DNA of 38,714 nucleotides from Promethearchaeota archaeon (GTDB lineage: Archaea; Asgardarchaeota; Lokiarchaeia; Sigyniarchaeales; SOKP01), in assembly GCA_019058365.1 (NCBI GenBank), contig JAHPZE010000035.1:1-38714 (forward strand), in the 5' to 3' direction. Within the stretch, counting starts at the first letter, position 1. Each line of letters starts with the position of its first letter. A program made the position numbers and the translations under genes. This document shows positions 1-9,454 of the stretch, piece by piece. A model generated the notes under the pieces. It was not told where the DNA came from. It made no database searches and saw only the letters and a list, made by a program, of their open reading frames with translations.

Positions 1-83
1 GGATAAAAAGAAAGAAAAAATAAAAGAAAAAAAAATAAATCATTAAATACTGAAATAGAAAAGAAAAAAAACTTGACTTTGGT

Positions 84-1136
84 CTATTTAATGTAGCTAT
101 GAGCATTTTTTAAGCGTTTTTCCGCTTCTTGGACAATATCTTCTATAATTTTACTTACAGATTCTAAACTTTTAATAATACCTATGCTCTGCCCTAATAA
201 AACCGCTCCTGAAGTAATATCTCCCGTGTACGCTGCTTCATAGGCTCTTCCTTCTTCTATTATATCTTCCTGAGACATAGCTGCTTCTTCAGCTATCTTT
301 GCGTCTTTATCTGATACAAGCCCATGATGCAAAGAATATTCATTTTTCCAGAGCCTTATTGGTCCTAGTGCGCCAGTTACTAATACTGTATCTTGAGCTT
401 TTGCAGAAGGAATTACCCCTTTATAGGTTTCACTAAATTCACTTTCTTTAGATGCAATAAATCTAGAACCCATTGCGATAGCTCCTGCACCTATAGCTAA
501 AGCAGCTGCAAGTCCTTCACCCGTAGCAAAACCTCCACATGCTATTACGGGAAAATCTGGATATTTTTCCATAACTTGTTGAAGTAGAACTAAAGTACTA
601 ATTTTCTCATAAGATTGATGTCCTCCACCTTCTCCACCAGTTACTACCAATCCATCCACGTTAGATGCAACACATTTATCTGCAAGCCATAATGCGGGGG
701 CTACATGAAAGTGTTTAATATTTGATCCACTTTCCTTTAATTTTTGAAAAGATTTTGATTGTTGTAATGTTCTTGAAGATCCAGCACTCGTGATTGCATA
801 AAGACACTGCTCTTTCAATCTTTGATTTTCCATTATAAACTTTGGAATATCTTTGACAAACTGTGGTGCATGAGTTTCCCTTCGAGATGTTCTTATATTA
901 AAGCCAAAAGGTTTATCAGTATGCTCTACAACTTTAAGCATATTTTCCTTCATTATATCTACTGGATTCCTTCCTTTCATATAATCGCTTAAAAGAGCAC
1001 TATGACTTAACACACCTAAACCACCTGCTTCAGATACAGCACTTGTTAATTCGGTTGTGTAAAAAGGACCCATTGGAGCTGCAACAATAGGATGTTTAAT
1101 TCCAAACATTTTGGTTATCTTTGTCTCTAAAACCAT
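84..1136 (-). CDS. Nitronate monooxygenase / FabK-like FMN-dependent enoyl reductase family protein (paralog 1)
   Basis: Motifs PIVAAPMG, VSEAGGLG, GGEGGGHQ (catalytic His), IACGGFATG, GAIAMGSRF and GQSIG. ATG at 1136 follows an SD-like GTGA; the ORF track extends to GTG at 1145. Confidence 0.85.
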   Translation of the reverse strand: MVLETKITKMFGIKHPIVAAPMGPFYTTELTSAVSEAGGLGVLSHSALLSDYMKGRNPVDIMKENMLKVVEHTDKPFGFNIRTSRRETHAPQFVKDIPKFIMENQRLKEQCLYAITSAGSSRTLQQSKSFQKLKESGSNIKHFHVAPALWLADKCVASNVDGLVVTGGEGGGHQSYEKISTLVLLQQVMEKYPDFPVIACGGFATGEGLAAALAIGAGAIAMGSRFIASKESEFSETYKGVIPSAKAQDTVLVTGALGPIRLWKNEYSLHHGLVSDKDAKIAEEAAMSQEDIIEEGRAYEAAYTGDITSGAVLLGQSIGIIKSLESVSKIIEDIVQEAEKRLKNAHSYIK

Positions 1137-1204
1137 GTTTATCACTTTCTTAATATAAGAAATTTATTTACTTAATACTAAATTATTAAATTAATATAAA
1201 TTAT

Positions 1205-1225
1205 TAAATGTACATATTTCATTTA
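1205..1225. promoter_or_regulatory. Candidate operator palindrome TAAATGTAC-ATA-TTTCATTTA
   Basis: 2 mismatches to the TAAATDTAC-N3-GTAHATTTA consensus. Lies in the divergent nmo1/panE promoter, just downstream of a minus-strand TTATAAAG box (1247-1240). Confidence 0.5.
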
Positions 1226-1280
1226 TGAATTAATACTATCTTTATAATCTATTAAAGAAGTAGATGAAAATGTGATTTAA

Positions 1281-2318
1281 ATGCAGAGAGAAAAGCTAAA
1301 TATAATAATTTATGGTACAGGTGCTATTGGTGCTACACTTGGAGGTTGGTTGACTAAAACTTACGAAAATATTTATTTCTTATCTAGAGGAGAAAATCTA
1401 AAGGCTTTAAAATCAAATGGATTGATTCTATATGAAAATGATAAAAAAAATTCTGAAGTAATTCCTGTAAATGTAATTGAAGATTTAAATGAAATAGATT
1501 CGGTTAATATTATTGTTATAACAGTAAAAAACTATGATCTTGAAGAAGTGGCTAAAGATATTTATGAAAAGATAGGAGATGATGCTATTATTGTAGGTTT
1601 GCAAAATGGTGTTGAAAATCAAAAAATTCTCCCAAAATATTTTTCAAAAGTAATATATGGAGTAATTGTAATATCTGCATGGATGGATAAGCCTGGTGTA
1701 TTTGGTACAAGAGGAAAAAACCAAATTATTCTTGGTACTTTAAATGAAAATAACCAGCAGATATCGGAAAAAATTACTGGTATTTTTAATAAAAGTTTTC
1801 CAACAATATTAACAAAAAATTTTCAAGATGCGGCTCATTCTAAATTAATTACAAATCTAGGAAATTCAATATTTACACTTATAGACCAAGAAAATCAATT
1901 TGATGAAGCTGTCTTTAAACTATGGAAAATATTTGTAAATGTTTTCTTAGAAGGTGTGAAGATAGTAGAAGCTGCTGGATATAAAGAATATAAGCTTAAA
2001 GGTTTACCCACTTGGGATATTATGAAATTTGCATTGAATTTAAATAAGAAAGTAGCAGTAAATAATTTTAAAGAGGGAATACAATTTTATTGGCTCAATA
2101 GCATGACACAAGATATGTTACTACGTCAAAAAAGTATGTCAGAATTAGAAACTTTAAATGGATATTTAATAAGTTTAGCTGACCAACTTGGTTTATCTGT
2201 GCCATATAATAGAACAATTTATAAATTATGTAAAGAAAATTTTTCGAAAACCCCTTATAAACCCTTAAATGTAGAAACAGTCTGTACAGAGATCAAAAAT
2301 AATATGAAATTAGGTTAG
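1281..2318 (+). CDS. panE: 2-dehydropantoate 2-reductase (ketopantoate reductase) family
   Basis: GTGAIG Rossmann motif, TVKNY, LQNG, KLITN (catalytic Lys), SMTQD and ELETLNG. Confidence 0.8.
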   Translation: MQREKLNIIIYGTGAIGATLGGWLTKTYENIYFLSRGENLKALKSNGLILYENDKKNSEVIPVNVIEDLNEIDSVNIIVITVKNYDLEEVAKDIYEKIGDDAIIVGLQNGVENQKILPKYFSKVIYGVIVISAWMDKPGVFGTRGKNQIILGTLNENNQQISEKITGIFNKSFPTILTKNFQDAAHSKLITNLGNSIFTLIDQENQFDEAVFKLWKIFVNVFLEGVKIVEAAGYKEYKLKGLPTWDIMKFALNLNKKVAVNNFKEGIQFYWLNSMTQDMLLRQKSMSELETLNGYLISLADQLGLSVPYNRTIYKLCKENFSKTPYKPLNVETVCTEIKNNMKLG

Positions 2319-2380
2319 ATTTAATTATCTTAAATTAATTTTTTACTATATTTAATTGAAAATTAAAAATCAATTAAAAC

Positions 2381-3499
2381 ATGAAAGAACTAAGCTATAA
2401 TGAAAATTATGATAAGGTTTTAGGATCATGGATAGGACGTATTTCAGGAGATTTTATCGGTGCTCCAGTAGAATTAAAAAGTCAGAAATATATAAAATCA
2501 AAATATGGAAAGATTAATTATTTCATTGAACCCGTTGATTTAAATTATGTTAATGATGATGAAATGTATGAAATTGTAGCACTTATAGCTTTAGAAAAAT
2601 ATGGAATTAGCTTAACAGCAAAGGATATTGCTCAAGAATGGATTAACCTATTAAAAAATGAAAACTATATTTTTACTGCTGAAAAAATAGCTTTTAATAA
2701 CCTAAAATCAGGTATATTTCCACCAAAATCTGGAATTCTGAATAATTTTTATTTTGATTTCATTGGTGCTCAGATGAGAGCTGATATTTGGGGTCAAATT
2801 ACTCCAGGATGTCCTGAAATTGCTAAAAGATATGCAGAAATGGATGGATCAATATCCCACGCAGGTATTGGAATTGAAGGCGAGATATTTGTTGCCATTT
2901 TAATCTCGCAAGCTTTCTTTGAGCTAAATATTGGAAGAAATATCAAATTAGCTCTTAAGTATCTCCCTCCAGAAGAAGAAAGTTTATATTCTCAGATGGT
3001 ACGTAAAGCACTTGAAATTTATAAACAATGTCCTAATCAATTTAAAAAAGCTAGAAATCTTCTGGTAAGAAACTATTGGAGAAAACAAATTGTGGATAAA
3101 TTGATTGAGAGTAGTAAAAACTTTCTATTAGAAAGAAGAATAATTTTGAATAGCTTAGTTGGAGGAGTACATGTACTACCAAATATAGGTATCATAATAT
3201 TATCTCTTTTATATGGTGCTGAAGATAAAGAAGATCCCTTAGGTCGGTCTATTTGTATTGCTGCAATGATGGGTCTTGATACAGATTGTAATTGTGGTAA
3301 TATTGGAGCTATAATAGGAGCTCAAATTGGTGCAGATAAAATACCTTCAAAATGGAAGGATCCATTAAAAGATACGTTCTCTACTTATGTAAAAAGTTAT
3401 GAAAAGTGGAAGATCTCAGAATTAGCACGCCGAATTACAGATATTGGACAAATGATAATCGAAGAGAAAGCTCAAAACTTAGTTAAAATAAAAAAATAG
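2381..3499 (+). CDS. ADP-ribosylglycohydrolase (ARH/DraG) family protein
   Basis: GDFIGAPVE, NDDE (TDD-like metal site), GAQMR, SISH and DTDCNCGNIG motifs. Confidence 0.8.
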   Translation: MKELSYNENYDKVLGSWIGRISGDFIGAPVELKSQKYIKSKYGKINYFIEPVDLNYVNDDEMYEIVALIALEKYGISLTAKDIAQEWINLLKNENYIFTAEKIAFNNLKSGIFPPKSGILNNFYFDFIGAQMRADIWGQITPGCPEIAKRYAEMDGSISHAGIGIEGEIFVAILISQAFFELNIGRNIKLALKYLPPEEESLYSQMVRKALEIYKQCPNQFKKARNLLVRNYWRKQIVDKLIESSKNFLLERRIILNSLVGGVHVLPNIGIIILSLLYGAEDKEDPLGRSICIAAMMGLDTDCNCGNIGAIIGAQIGADKIPSKWKDPLKDTFSTYVKSYEKWKISELARRITDIGQMIIEEKAQNLVKIKK

Positions 3500-3687
3500 T
3501 ATGAATAATTATAGAACGATCAGTTTTAAAAAGTTAAAGATAAAATAGTTGCTGAAAGATTTAATTGAGTTAATTTTTTTTCTTATTTTTTTCTGTTGTT
3601 AATGCTGAACAATATTTTAGAAATTTTAAGCAAATGTGATTAATTTCTTATTAAATTAATTAGAAATATATTAAAATTAAACGCACA

Positions 3688-3708
3688 TAAATATACATAT
3701 AAAATTAA
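3688..3708. promoter_or_regulatory. Candidate operator palindrome TAAATATAC-ATA-TAAAATTAA
   Basis: Perfect left half-site with 3 mismatches in the right half. Ends 34 bp before the abfD start and lies downstream of TATTAAAA (3668-3675). Confidence 0.4.
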
Positions 3709-3741
3709 ACTAAAAATTTCAATTTAAAAAACTGATGAGAA

Positions 3742-5295
3742 ATGGTTAGAACAAAAGAACAGTATATGAAAGATTTAGGTAGAATGAAACCAAATCTGTA
3801 TTACGATGGAAAAGAAATTGATAGATTGGATCAACTTCAGATGGATTGTCTAAATACGATTGGAACTACTTTCGAAGCTTTTGATGATCCTGAATATAAA
3901 GATTTAATACAAGTAAAATCCCATCTCACTGGTGAAATTATTAATAGATTTACGCATATTCATCATAGTACTGAAGACCTTCATAAAAAGCAAGATATGA
4001 CACGTAAACTATGTCAAAAGGTTGGCGGATGTATTCAGCGATGCATGGGTTGCGATGCAGCGAATGCGGTATATAATGTTTCATATGAAGCTGATAAACT
4101 AAATCATGGAGAATCACATTATCACGAAAATTTTAAAAAATGGTTATTACGATTTCAACAAAAAGATCTAGTAGCCGCTGGTGCTCAAACTGACGTAAAA
4201 GGTGACCGAATTAAACGTCCTGCTGATCAAGCAGATCCAGATATGTATGTCCATGTTGTAGAAAAAAAGAAAGATGGAATTATAGTTAGTGGCTGTAAAT
4301 TACACATTTCAGAAGCCTCCGTGTCTGATGAACTATTAGTTATCCCTACAAGAGCATTAAGACTAGAAGATAAAGATTATGCTGTTGCGTTCGCTGTACC
4401 AGGAGATTATGAGGGTGTTACTCAAGTGGTTACCATTCACAATCTTAGAAAAAGGGAACACTTTCCGCGTGGTTTTCAACCAGGAGCCACAGATTCGTAT
4501 ATAATTTTCGATGATGTATTCGTTCCTTGGGAAAGAGTTTTTTTATGTGGTGAATATCAGCATGGGGGTGCCCTTGCCTTACTATTTGGTCTCTTTCACA
4601 GGCATAGTTACTCGGGATGTAAACCTGCAATTGGAGATATAATGACGGGAACAGCAGCTTTAGCAGCAGAATATAACAATATAGCTAAAGCAACGCATAT
4701 CAGGCATAAGCTAGCAGAGCTAATCTTAGTCACAGAACTTGGATATGCTGCTGGGTATACTGCTTCTGATTTGGGAAAATCAGAAATTTATATGCCGGGA
4801 GTAGGCCTTATCCCTTATGGACCAGGAAGTTATATTCCAAACTCAATTTATTGCAATGTTGGAAGGTGTTTAACAGGAGAAAATGTATTTCGTGAAGCTG
4901 AGATAATAACGGATATTTGTGGTGGGATTCCAGCGACGTTCCCACATGAACGAGATTTTATTAATCCCAAATTGAAGGATAAACTGTATAAATATATTAC
5001 AAGAAACCCAAAGATATCGCCCGAAAATGCTGCACAATTCTGGCGGTATGTTGGTGATATGATTTGTTCCGCAACAGGAGGAATCCATCTCTTTGGAAGC
5101 TACCACGGAGGAGGAAGCCCAGTTATGGAAGAAATAGCTATTACAACACAATATGATATTGAAGCTCGAAAAAAAATGGTTAAAAAAATAGCTGGAATTG
5201 ACGATAAGTTAAATATGAGCAGATTGAAATTCAATGAGAAAAATAGTACAAAATTGATTGTACATGATTTAGACAAAACGGTTTCTGAAAAATAA
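3742..5295 (+). CDS. abfD: 4-hydroxybutyryl-CoA dehydratase (AbfD) / HpaB-superfamily FAD-[4Fe-4S] protein
   Basis: CIQRC and HRHSYSGCK supply the Cys3His cluster ligands; also AQTDVKGDR, FDDVFVPWERVF and HGGGSP. Some catalytic acidic residues appear divergent (see findings). Confidence 0.75.
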   Translation: MVRTKEQYMKDLGRMKPNLYYDGKEIDRLDQLQMDCLNTIGTTFEAFDDPEYKDLIQVKSHLTGEIINRFTHIHHSTEDLHKKQDMTRKLCQKVGGCIQRCMGCDAANAVYNVSYEADKLNHGESHYHENFKKWLLRFQQKDLVAAGAQTDVKGDRIKRPADQADPDMYVHVVEKKKDGIIVSGCKLHISEASVSDELLVIPTRALRLEDKDYAVAFAVPGDYEGVTQVVTIHNLRKREHFPRGFQPGATDSYIIFDDVFVPWERVFLCGEYQHGGALALLFGLFHRHSYSGCKPAIGDIMTGTAALAAEYNNIAKATHIRHKLAELILVTELGYAAGYTASDLGKSEIYMPGVGLIPYGPGSYIPNSIYCNVGRCLTGENVFREAEIITDICGGIPATFPHERDFINPKLKDKLYKYITRNPKISPENAAQFWRYVGDMICSATGGIHLFGSYHGGGSPVMEEIAITTQYDIEARKKMVKKIAGIDDKLNMSRLKFNEKNSTKLIVHDLDKTVSEK

Positions 5296-5476
5296 TATAA
5301 AATTAATAGAGAATTACTTATTTTCTTTTTTATCATTTTCTAAATTTCATTTTTTATTTCTGATTATATACACTAAAACATAATGAGTTAAAAGGCATAC
5401 ATGAATTAAATAGGAAACTTTGATAAAAGTTAACTAAAATAAAAAAAAGGGCTTAGATGTTTAAAAAATGGAAATT

Positions 5477-6034
5477 CTATTTACTTTTTGACTTAAATAT
5501 AATAGTCGGTTTAGTTCTTTGAGAAAAAGTGAAGTTGTCGGCATTTTTAATGTTTCCATATTTTGATATTAAATCCTCTAATTTACCCGCATCTAATGCC
5601 CTTGTACGACACGCCTCAATACACGCTGGTAACTTACCCTCTAAATGCCTATCTAAACAAAAATTACATTTTCGCATTTTTGCTCCTTTATCAGGCCCAA
5701 ATTGAGGGGCATCATAAGGACATGCTTTTAAACATTTTGAATCACATTGTTCATTACCTAAACATTTATCACTATCAACAATAACAATTCCATCTTCTTT
5801 TCTTTTAGTGATTGCATTCACAGGACATACTGGTATACAAACAGGATCTTCACAATGAAAACAGGGACTAATAAGATAGCTGACAAATACATTAGGAAAT
5901 TTTCCTTTTTCATTATAAATAATTCTCATCCATTTTTCTGGTCCGGCGGGAATATCATTCCAATCTTTACAAGCTACAACACAAGCAGAACATCCAATGC
6001 ATCGAGTTTGATCAAAATAAAAGCCGACCTGCAT
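5477..6034 (-). CDS. DmsB-like four-[4Fe-4S] electron transfer subunit (paralog 1)
   Basis: GFYFDQTRCIGCSACVVACK, CFHCEDPVCIPVCP and KCNFC..PACIEAC. ATG at 6034 is 1 nt after the stop of the catalytic subunit. Confidence 0.9.
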   Translation of the reverse strand: MQVGFYFDQTRCIGCSACVVACKDWNDIPAGPEKWMRIIYNEKGKFPNVFVSYLISPCFHCEDPVCIPVCPVNAITKRKEDGIVIVDSDKCLGNEQCDSKCLKACPYDAPQFGPDKGAKMRKCNFCLDRHLEGKLPACIEACRTRALDAGKLEDLISKYGNIKNADNFTFSQRTKPTIIFKSKSK

Positions 6035-6035
6035 A

Positions 6036-8276
6036 CTAAATCCCTCTTTCAAATTGTTTTAATTCAACTAAACACGAGTTTAAAGCAGAGGCACCACCAG
6101 GAGAATATGCATCTTTTGTTAAAGTATTAACACATCCACCTCGATCAATACCATCTTCATCCGGATCGTACCATGCACCTTCAAAAATAGAAATTACTCC
6201 AGGAATTATTCTTTCTGTCAACCATGCTTTGATTGTGAGTTTTCCTCTGTCATTGAATACTAAAATTTCATCTCCATCTTTTATTCCTCTCTCTTCAGCA
6301 TCAACAGGATTAATCCATGCTACATGTGGTTCAACTTCTTTTAGCCATTCAACCAAAAATAATTCTGAATGGACCCTATTTTTAGGATGTGGTGATATTA
6401 ATTGTAATGGGTACTTTTGGTTTAAAGGATCATAACGTCCTTCCCATCTCTCCATGTATTTAGGAATTGGAGGATTTTCAGGATCATTCAAATCCATAAT
6501 CCTTTGAGAAAAGATCTCAATCTTACCTGAAGGAGTATTAAATGGTTTGTTTTCAATATCGTTAATTTGTTCTTTAAATGCAACATATGGTTCTTCGAGT
6601 TTAAGACGATGTATTCCTTCTTGCCTAAATCTATTGATATCTCTTATATTTTTTCTTGTATCTTCTCGTAATTTTATTAAAAATCTTAAAGCTTTTTTCT
6701 CATCCGGGTATTTTTCAAATTCTTCCAACCCAAGTTTGTCTGCTAATTCTTCAGCAATCCTTAAATCAGATTTACACTCTCCAATAGGGTCAATTACCTG
6801 GTTTGCGCAGACAAAATATGGTCCAGAGGGCCAAGGTCTTACTAAATCGTTTTTTTCGGCTATACTTGTTACAGGTAGAATTATATCAGCATATCTAGCT
6901 GTCGGTGTAAGCCATAAATCTGCTATAACCATATATTCGAGTTTTTTTAAGGCTTCAGCAGACTTATTAGCATTTCCCAATTGGTTTAAAAAATTATTGT
7001 TTACAAACCATGCAAATTTCACATCAAAAGGATATCCACCCTCTTTACCCTTTAATATAGCATCAAAAATTTTATTTGTATGACATCTTGCCTGAAATCT
7101 AAGTTGTAAATCTAAAGATCCTCGAACTGATTTCAATCCTGTTTCAACTGGATTTCTATAAGGCGGAGATATCCTAGAAGCAAAAAACATATGACCATAA
7201 GGAATCCCCATTAATCCTCCAGCAGCACTTCCTCCATGTTTGCCCACATTTCCGGTCATTACTGTTAATGTCATAGCACATCTATTATATAGTTCTCCTA
7301 CAGCACTTCGAGCAGGACCTTGACAATCCATTAAAGCAGCAGGTTTTATTGCTGCATACTCTCGAGCAAGATTAGAAATTATTTCTGCAGGTACAGAAGT
7401 AATTTTCTCTGCCCATTCAGGTGTTTTAAGTATTCCATCCTCTTTGCCCATAACATAATCTTTGAATTTCTCAAATCCTATAGTATATTTATCTAAAAAT
7501 TCCCGATCATAAAGACCATCATCGATCATAACATAAGCCATAGCAATCATCATTGCAGTATCAGTTCCAGGTATAATTGGGATCCATTGATCTGCTAATA
7601 CTACTGCAGAATCTGTATATCTAGGGTCAATGCAAATTATTTTTATCCCCCTTTCTTTAGCTTTAATTAAATTAAATATTGTGTCTGAACCAGAGATCAT
7701 TCTAGCAGGATCCCAACCCCACATAATGATCAATTTAGAATTTAATAAATCAGTACGACTATGTCCAACAAAAGGGGAAGTGTATTGAGTCTGGGTTGCA
7801 TATACTGCTCCTTCAGAAGAGACGTTACCATAATGAGTGGAATATCCCCCAAATTGAGTCAATAGTCTCATCATCGCAAACATCCCATCATGGTAAGCTC
7901 CTTGATAAGCTCCACCAGTGACCAAAAAAATACTTGAATTTCCATACTTTTCTTTAACTTCTTTAAGTTTTTCGGCAAGTTCAGTTAATGCTTCATCCCA
8001 TGAGATACGTTTAAATTTACCAGATCCTTTTGGACCGTCTCTCTTTAATGGATATTTTAAACGCTTTGGATGATATACATATTGTCTAAGAGCTCTGCAT
8101 CTTAAACATGTTCGAAGTTGTTCGTCCTTTTGTTCATAATCGTCTCCCTCTACTCTAATAATCCTCCCATCTTTAATATGAAGCTTAAGAGGGCATCTTC
8201 CTCCGCAATCGAAAGTAGATGTTGTGCGAATAATTTTAATATCTTGATCATTTGTATTCTTTTCTTGATTTTGCAT
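6036..8276 (-). CDS. DmsA-like molybdopterin (Mo/W-bisPGD) oxidoreductase catalytic subunit, no Tat signal (paralog 1)
   Basis: DCGGRC, RLKYPLKR, RISWDEA, IDPRYTDS, PGTDTA, PKT-like KTPEWAE, TPTARYADIILP, TPSGKIEI and the C-terminal GAWY..D.GGCVN domain. Confidence 0.88.
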   Translation of the reverse strand: MQNQEKNTNDQDIKIIRTTSTFDCGGRCPLKLHIKDGRIIRVEGDDYEQKDEQLRTCLRCRALRQYVYHPKRLKYPLKRDGPKGSGKFKRISWDEALTELAEKLKEVKEKYGNSSIFLVTGGAYQGAYHDGMFAMMRLLTQFGGYSTHYGNVSSEGAVYATQTQYTSPFVGHSRTDLLNSKLIIMWGWDPARMISGSDTIFNLIKAKERGIKIICIDPRYTDSAVVLADQWIPIIPGTDTAMMIAMAYVMIDDGLYDREFLDKYTIGFEKFKDYVMGKEDGILKTPEWAEKITSVPAEIISNLAREYAAIKPAALMDCQGPARSAVGELYNRCAMTLTVMTGNVGKHGGSAAGGLMGIPYGHMFFASRISPPYRNPVETGLKSVRGSLDLQLRFQARCHTNKIFDAILKGKEGGYPFDVKFAWFVNNNFLNQLGNANKSAEALKKLEYMVIADLWLTPTARYADIILPVTSIAEKNDLVRPWPSGPYFVCANQVIDPIGECKSDLRIAEELADKLGLEEFEKYPDEKKALRFLIKLREDTRKNIRDINRFRQEGIHRLKLEEPYVAFKEQINDIENKPFNTPSGKIEIFSQRIMDLNDPENPPIPKYMERWEGRYDPLNQKYPLQLISPHPKNRVHSELFLVEWLKEVEPHVAWINPVDAEERGIKDGDEILVFNDRGKLTIKAWLTERIIPGVISIFEGAWYDPDEDGIDRGGCVNTLTKDAYSPGGASALNSCLVELKQFERGI

Positions 8277-8560
8277 CAAATCTTCTCACTAAAAATTTAT
8301 CAAATTTAATTATTAAGAGCTAAAATAATAATAATTATTCTTCCCCTTCTACCCTTATAATATTTATTGGTTAAAAATTTCCCCTTTTGAAATGGCAGCT
8401 TCTCTTTTGTTTAGTAGATCTCTCATCAATTCCGATTCAAATCGTTAAATTAACTGTTAAAGATTTTATGGTTTCCAATTATTAGAAATTTTCTTTAAAA
8501 TCCTCGAACCGTAATTCTTATAGAAGATCTCATTACTTATAATAGAGTATTCTTTAAAAA

Positions 8561-9250
8561 TTATGAATTTAATAATTTTTCTATATTTTCTAATAAAAAA
8601 TTACGAAATTCTTCCCTATTAAAATCAGCTTTTCCAAATTGTAAGAGTTCGCTAGCATAATCTTCTTTATATTTTGGATCTTGTTCAACTTTTCTCATAT
8701 GTCGTTCTACCATTGCAGATCCTAAAACTAAACTGTATGTAAAGAAAGTTAGCAATCCAGCATTCGAATAATTAATCTCTCCTTTTTCAATTGCATCTTG
8801 GATCACTTTAGCTGTACCTATGAGATAATTAAATTCACGATATTCTTTTTCAAATGGTCCTATCTTGTTAGAAGGAGGAGATTCTCTTAGATGCATCATA
8901 GCAAAAGCCGCAAAATCGTTTTCAGCAAATACTAAAAAGTTATTAAAAATTTTCATTAAAAGATCTTTAGTAGAACCCTTATGTTCTTTAATTATTTTTT
9001 TAGTTTGTTCTCGATATTGCGCATAAAACTTGTTTCGGATAGCAATCCATAATTCTCTTTTACTTTCTACATAGTTATACAGATTATTTTGATTCATACC
9101 AAGAATTTTAGCTAAACCCCGTAGACTGAATCCATCTTTACCTTTTTCTAAAAATAATTCTTTTCCTGCTTCTAAAATTTTCTCAAATTGAGCTGCTTTC
9201 TTTTCAGGGGACCTACTTCGAGTTTGCTTTTTAGTTGAATTATTACTCAT
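8561..9250 (-). CDS. TetR/AcrR family transcriptional regulator (paralog 1)
   Basis: ILEAGKELFLEKG..FSLRGLAKILGM..NLYNYVESKRELW HTH. ATG at 9250; the ORF track extends to 9277. Confidence 0.9.
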   Translation of the reverse strand: MSNNSTKKQTRSRSPEKKAAQFEKILEAGKELFLEKGKDGFSLRGLAKILGMNQNNLYNYVESKRELWIAIRNKFYAQYREQTKKIIKEHKGSTKDLLMKIFNNFLVFAENDFAAFAMMHLRESPPSNKIGPFEKEYREFNYLIGTAKVIQDAIEKGEINYSNAGLLTFFTYSLVLGSAMVERHMRKVEQDPKYKEDYASELLQFGKADFNREEFRNFLLENIEKLLNS

Positions 9251-9347
9251 TTTTTTTTCCGTTGATTTCTTTATCAAAACTTTATTTCAATATTTCCTTA
9301 TAGATTTAACTCAAAACTTCTCTATTCCTAATTAAGTAAAGCTACTT

Positions 9348-9368
9348 TAAATATAATATGTATATTGA
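9348..9368. promoter_or_regulatory. Candidate operator palindrome TAAATATAA-TAT-GTATATTGA (possible TetR autoregulation)
   Basis: 2 mismatches to consensus; lies upstream of tetR1. Confidence 0.5.
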
Positions 9369-9390
9369 GGGAAAAAAAGGGGATCAAATT

Positions 9391-9417
9391 AAAAAAAAAA
9401 ATAACACAAAATGTGTT
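9391..9417 (-). terminator. Putative terminator of the hbd-nmo2 transcript
   Basis: Hairpin AACACA-3nt-TGTGTT (9403-9417) followed on the minus strand by about 11 T. Confidence 0.45.
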
Positions 9418-9454
9418 TTGAATAATTCAAAGATAATTTAAATATACAAATTTG

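Noticed and set aside
8340-8560. Longer intergenic stretch upstream of dmsA1 with short reading frames (e.g. MRDLLNKREAAISKGEIFNQ on the minus strand); possible riboswitch or gene remnant
   Set aside because: No recognisable homology or convincing stem structure by eye. An Infernal or tblastx search would be needed.
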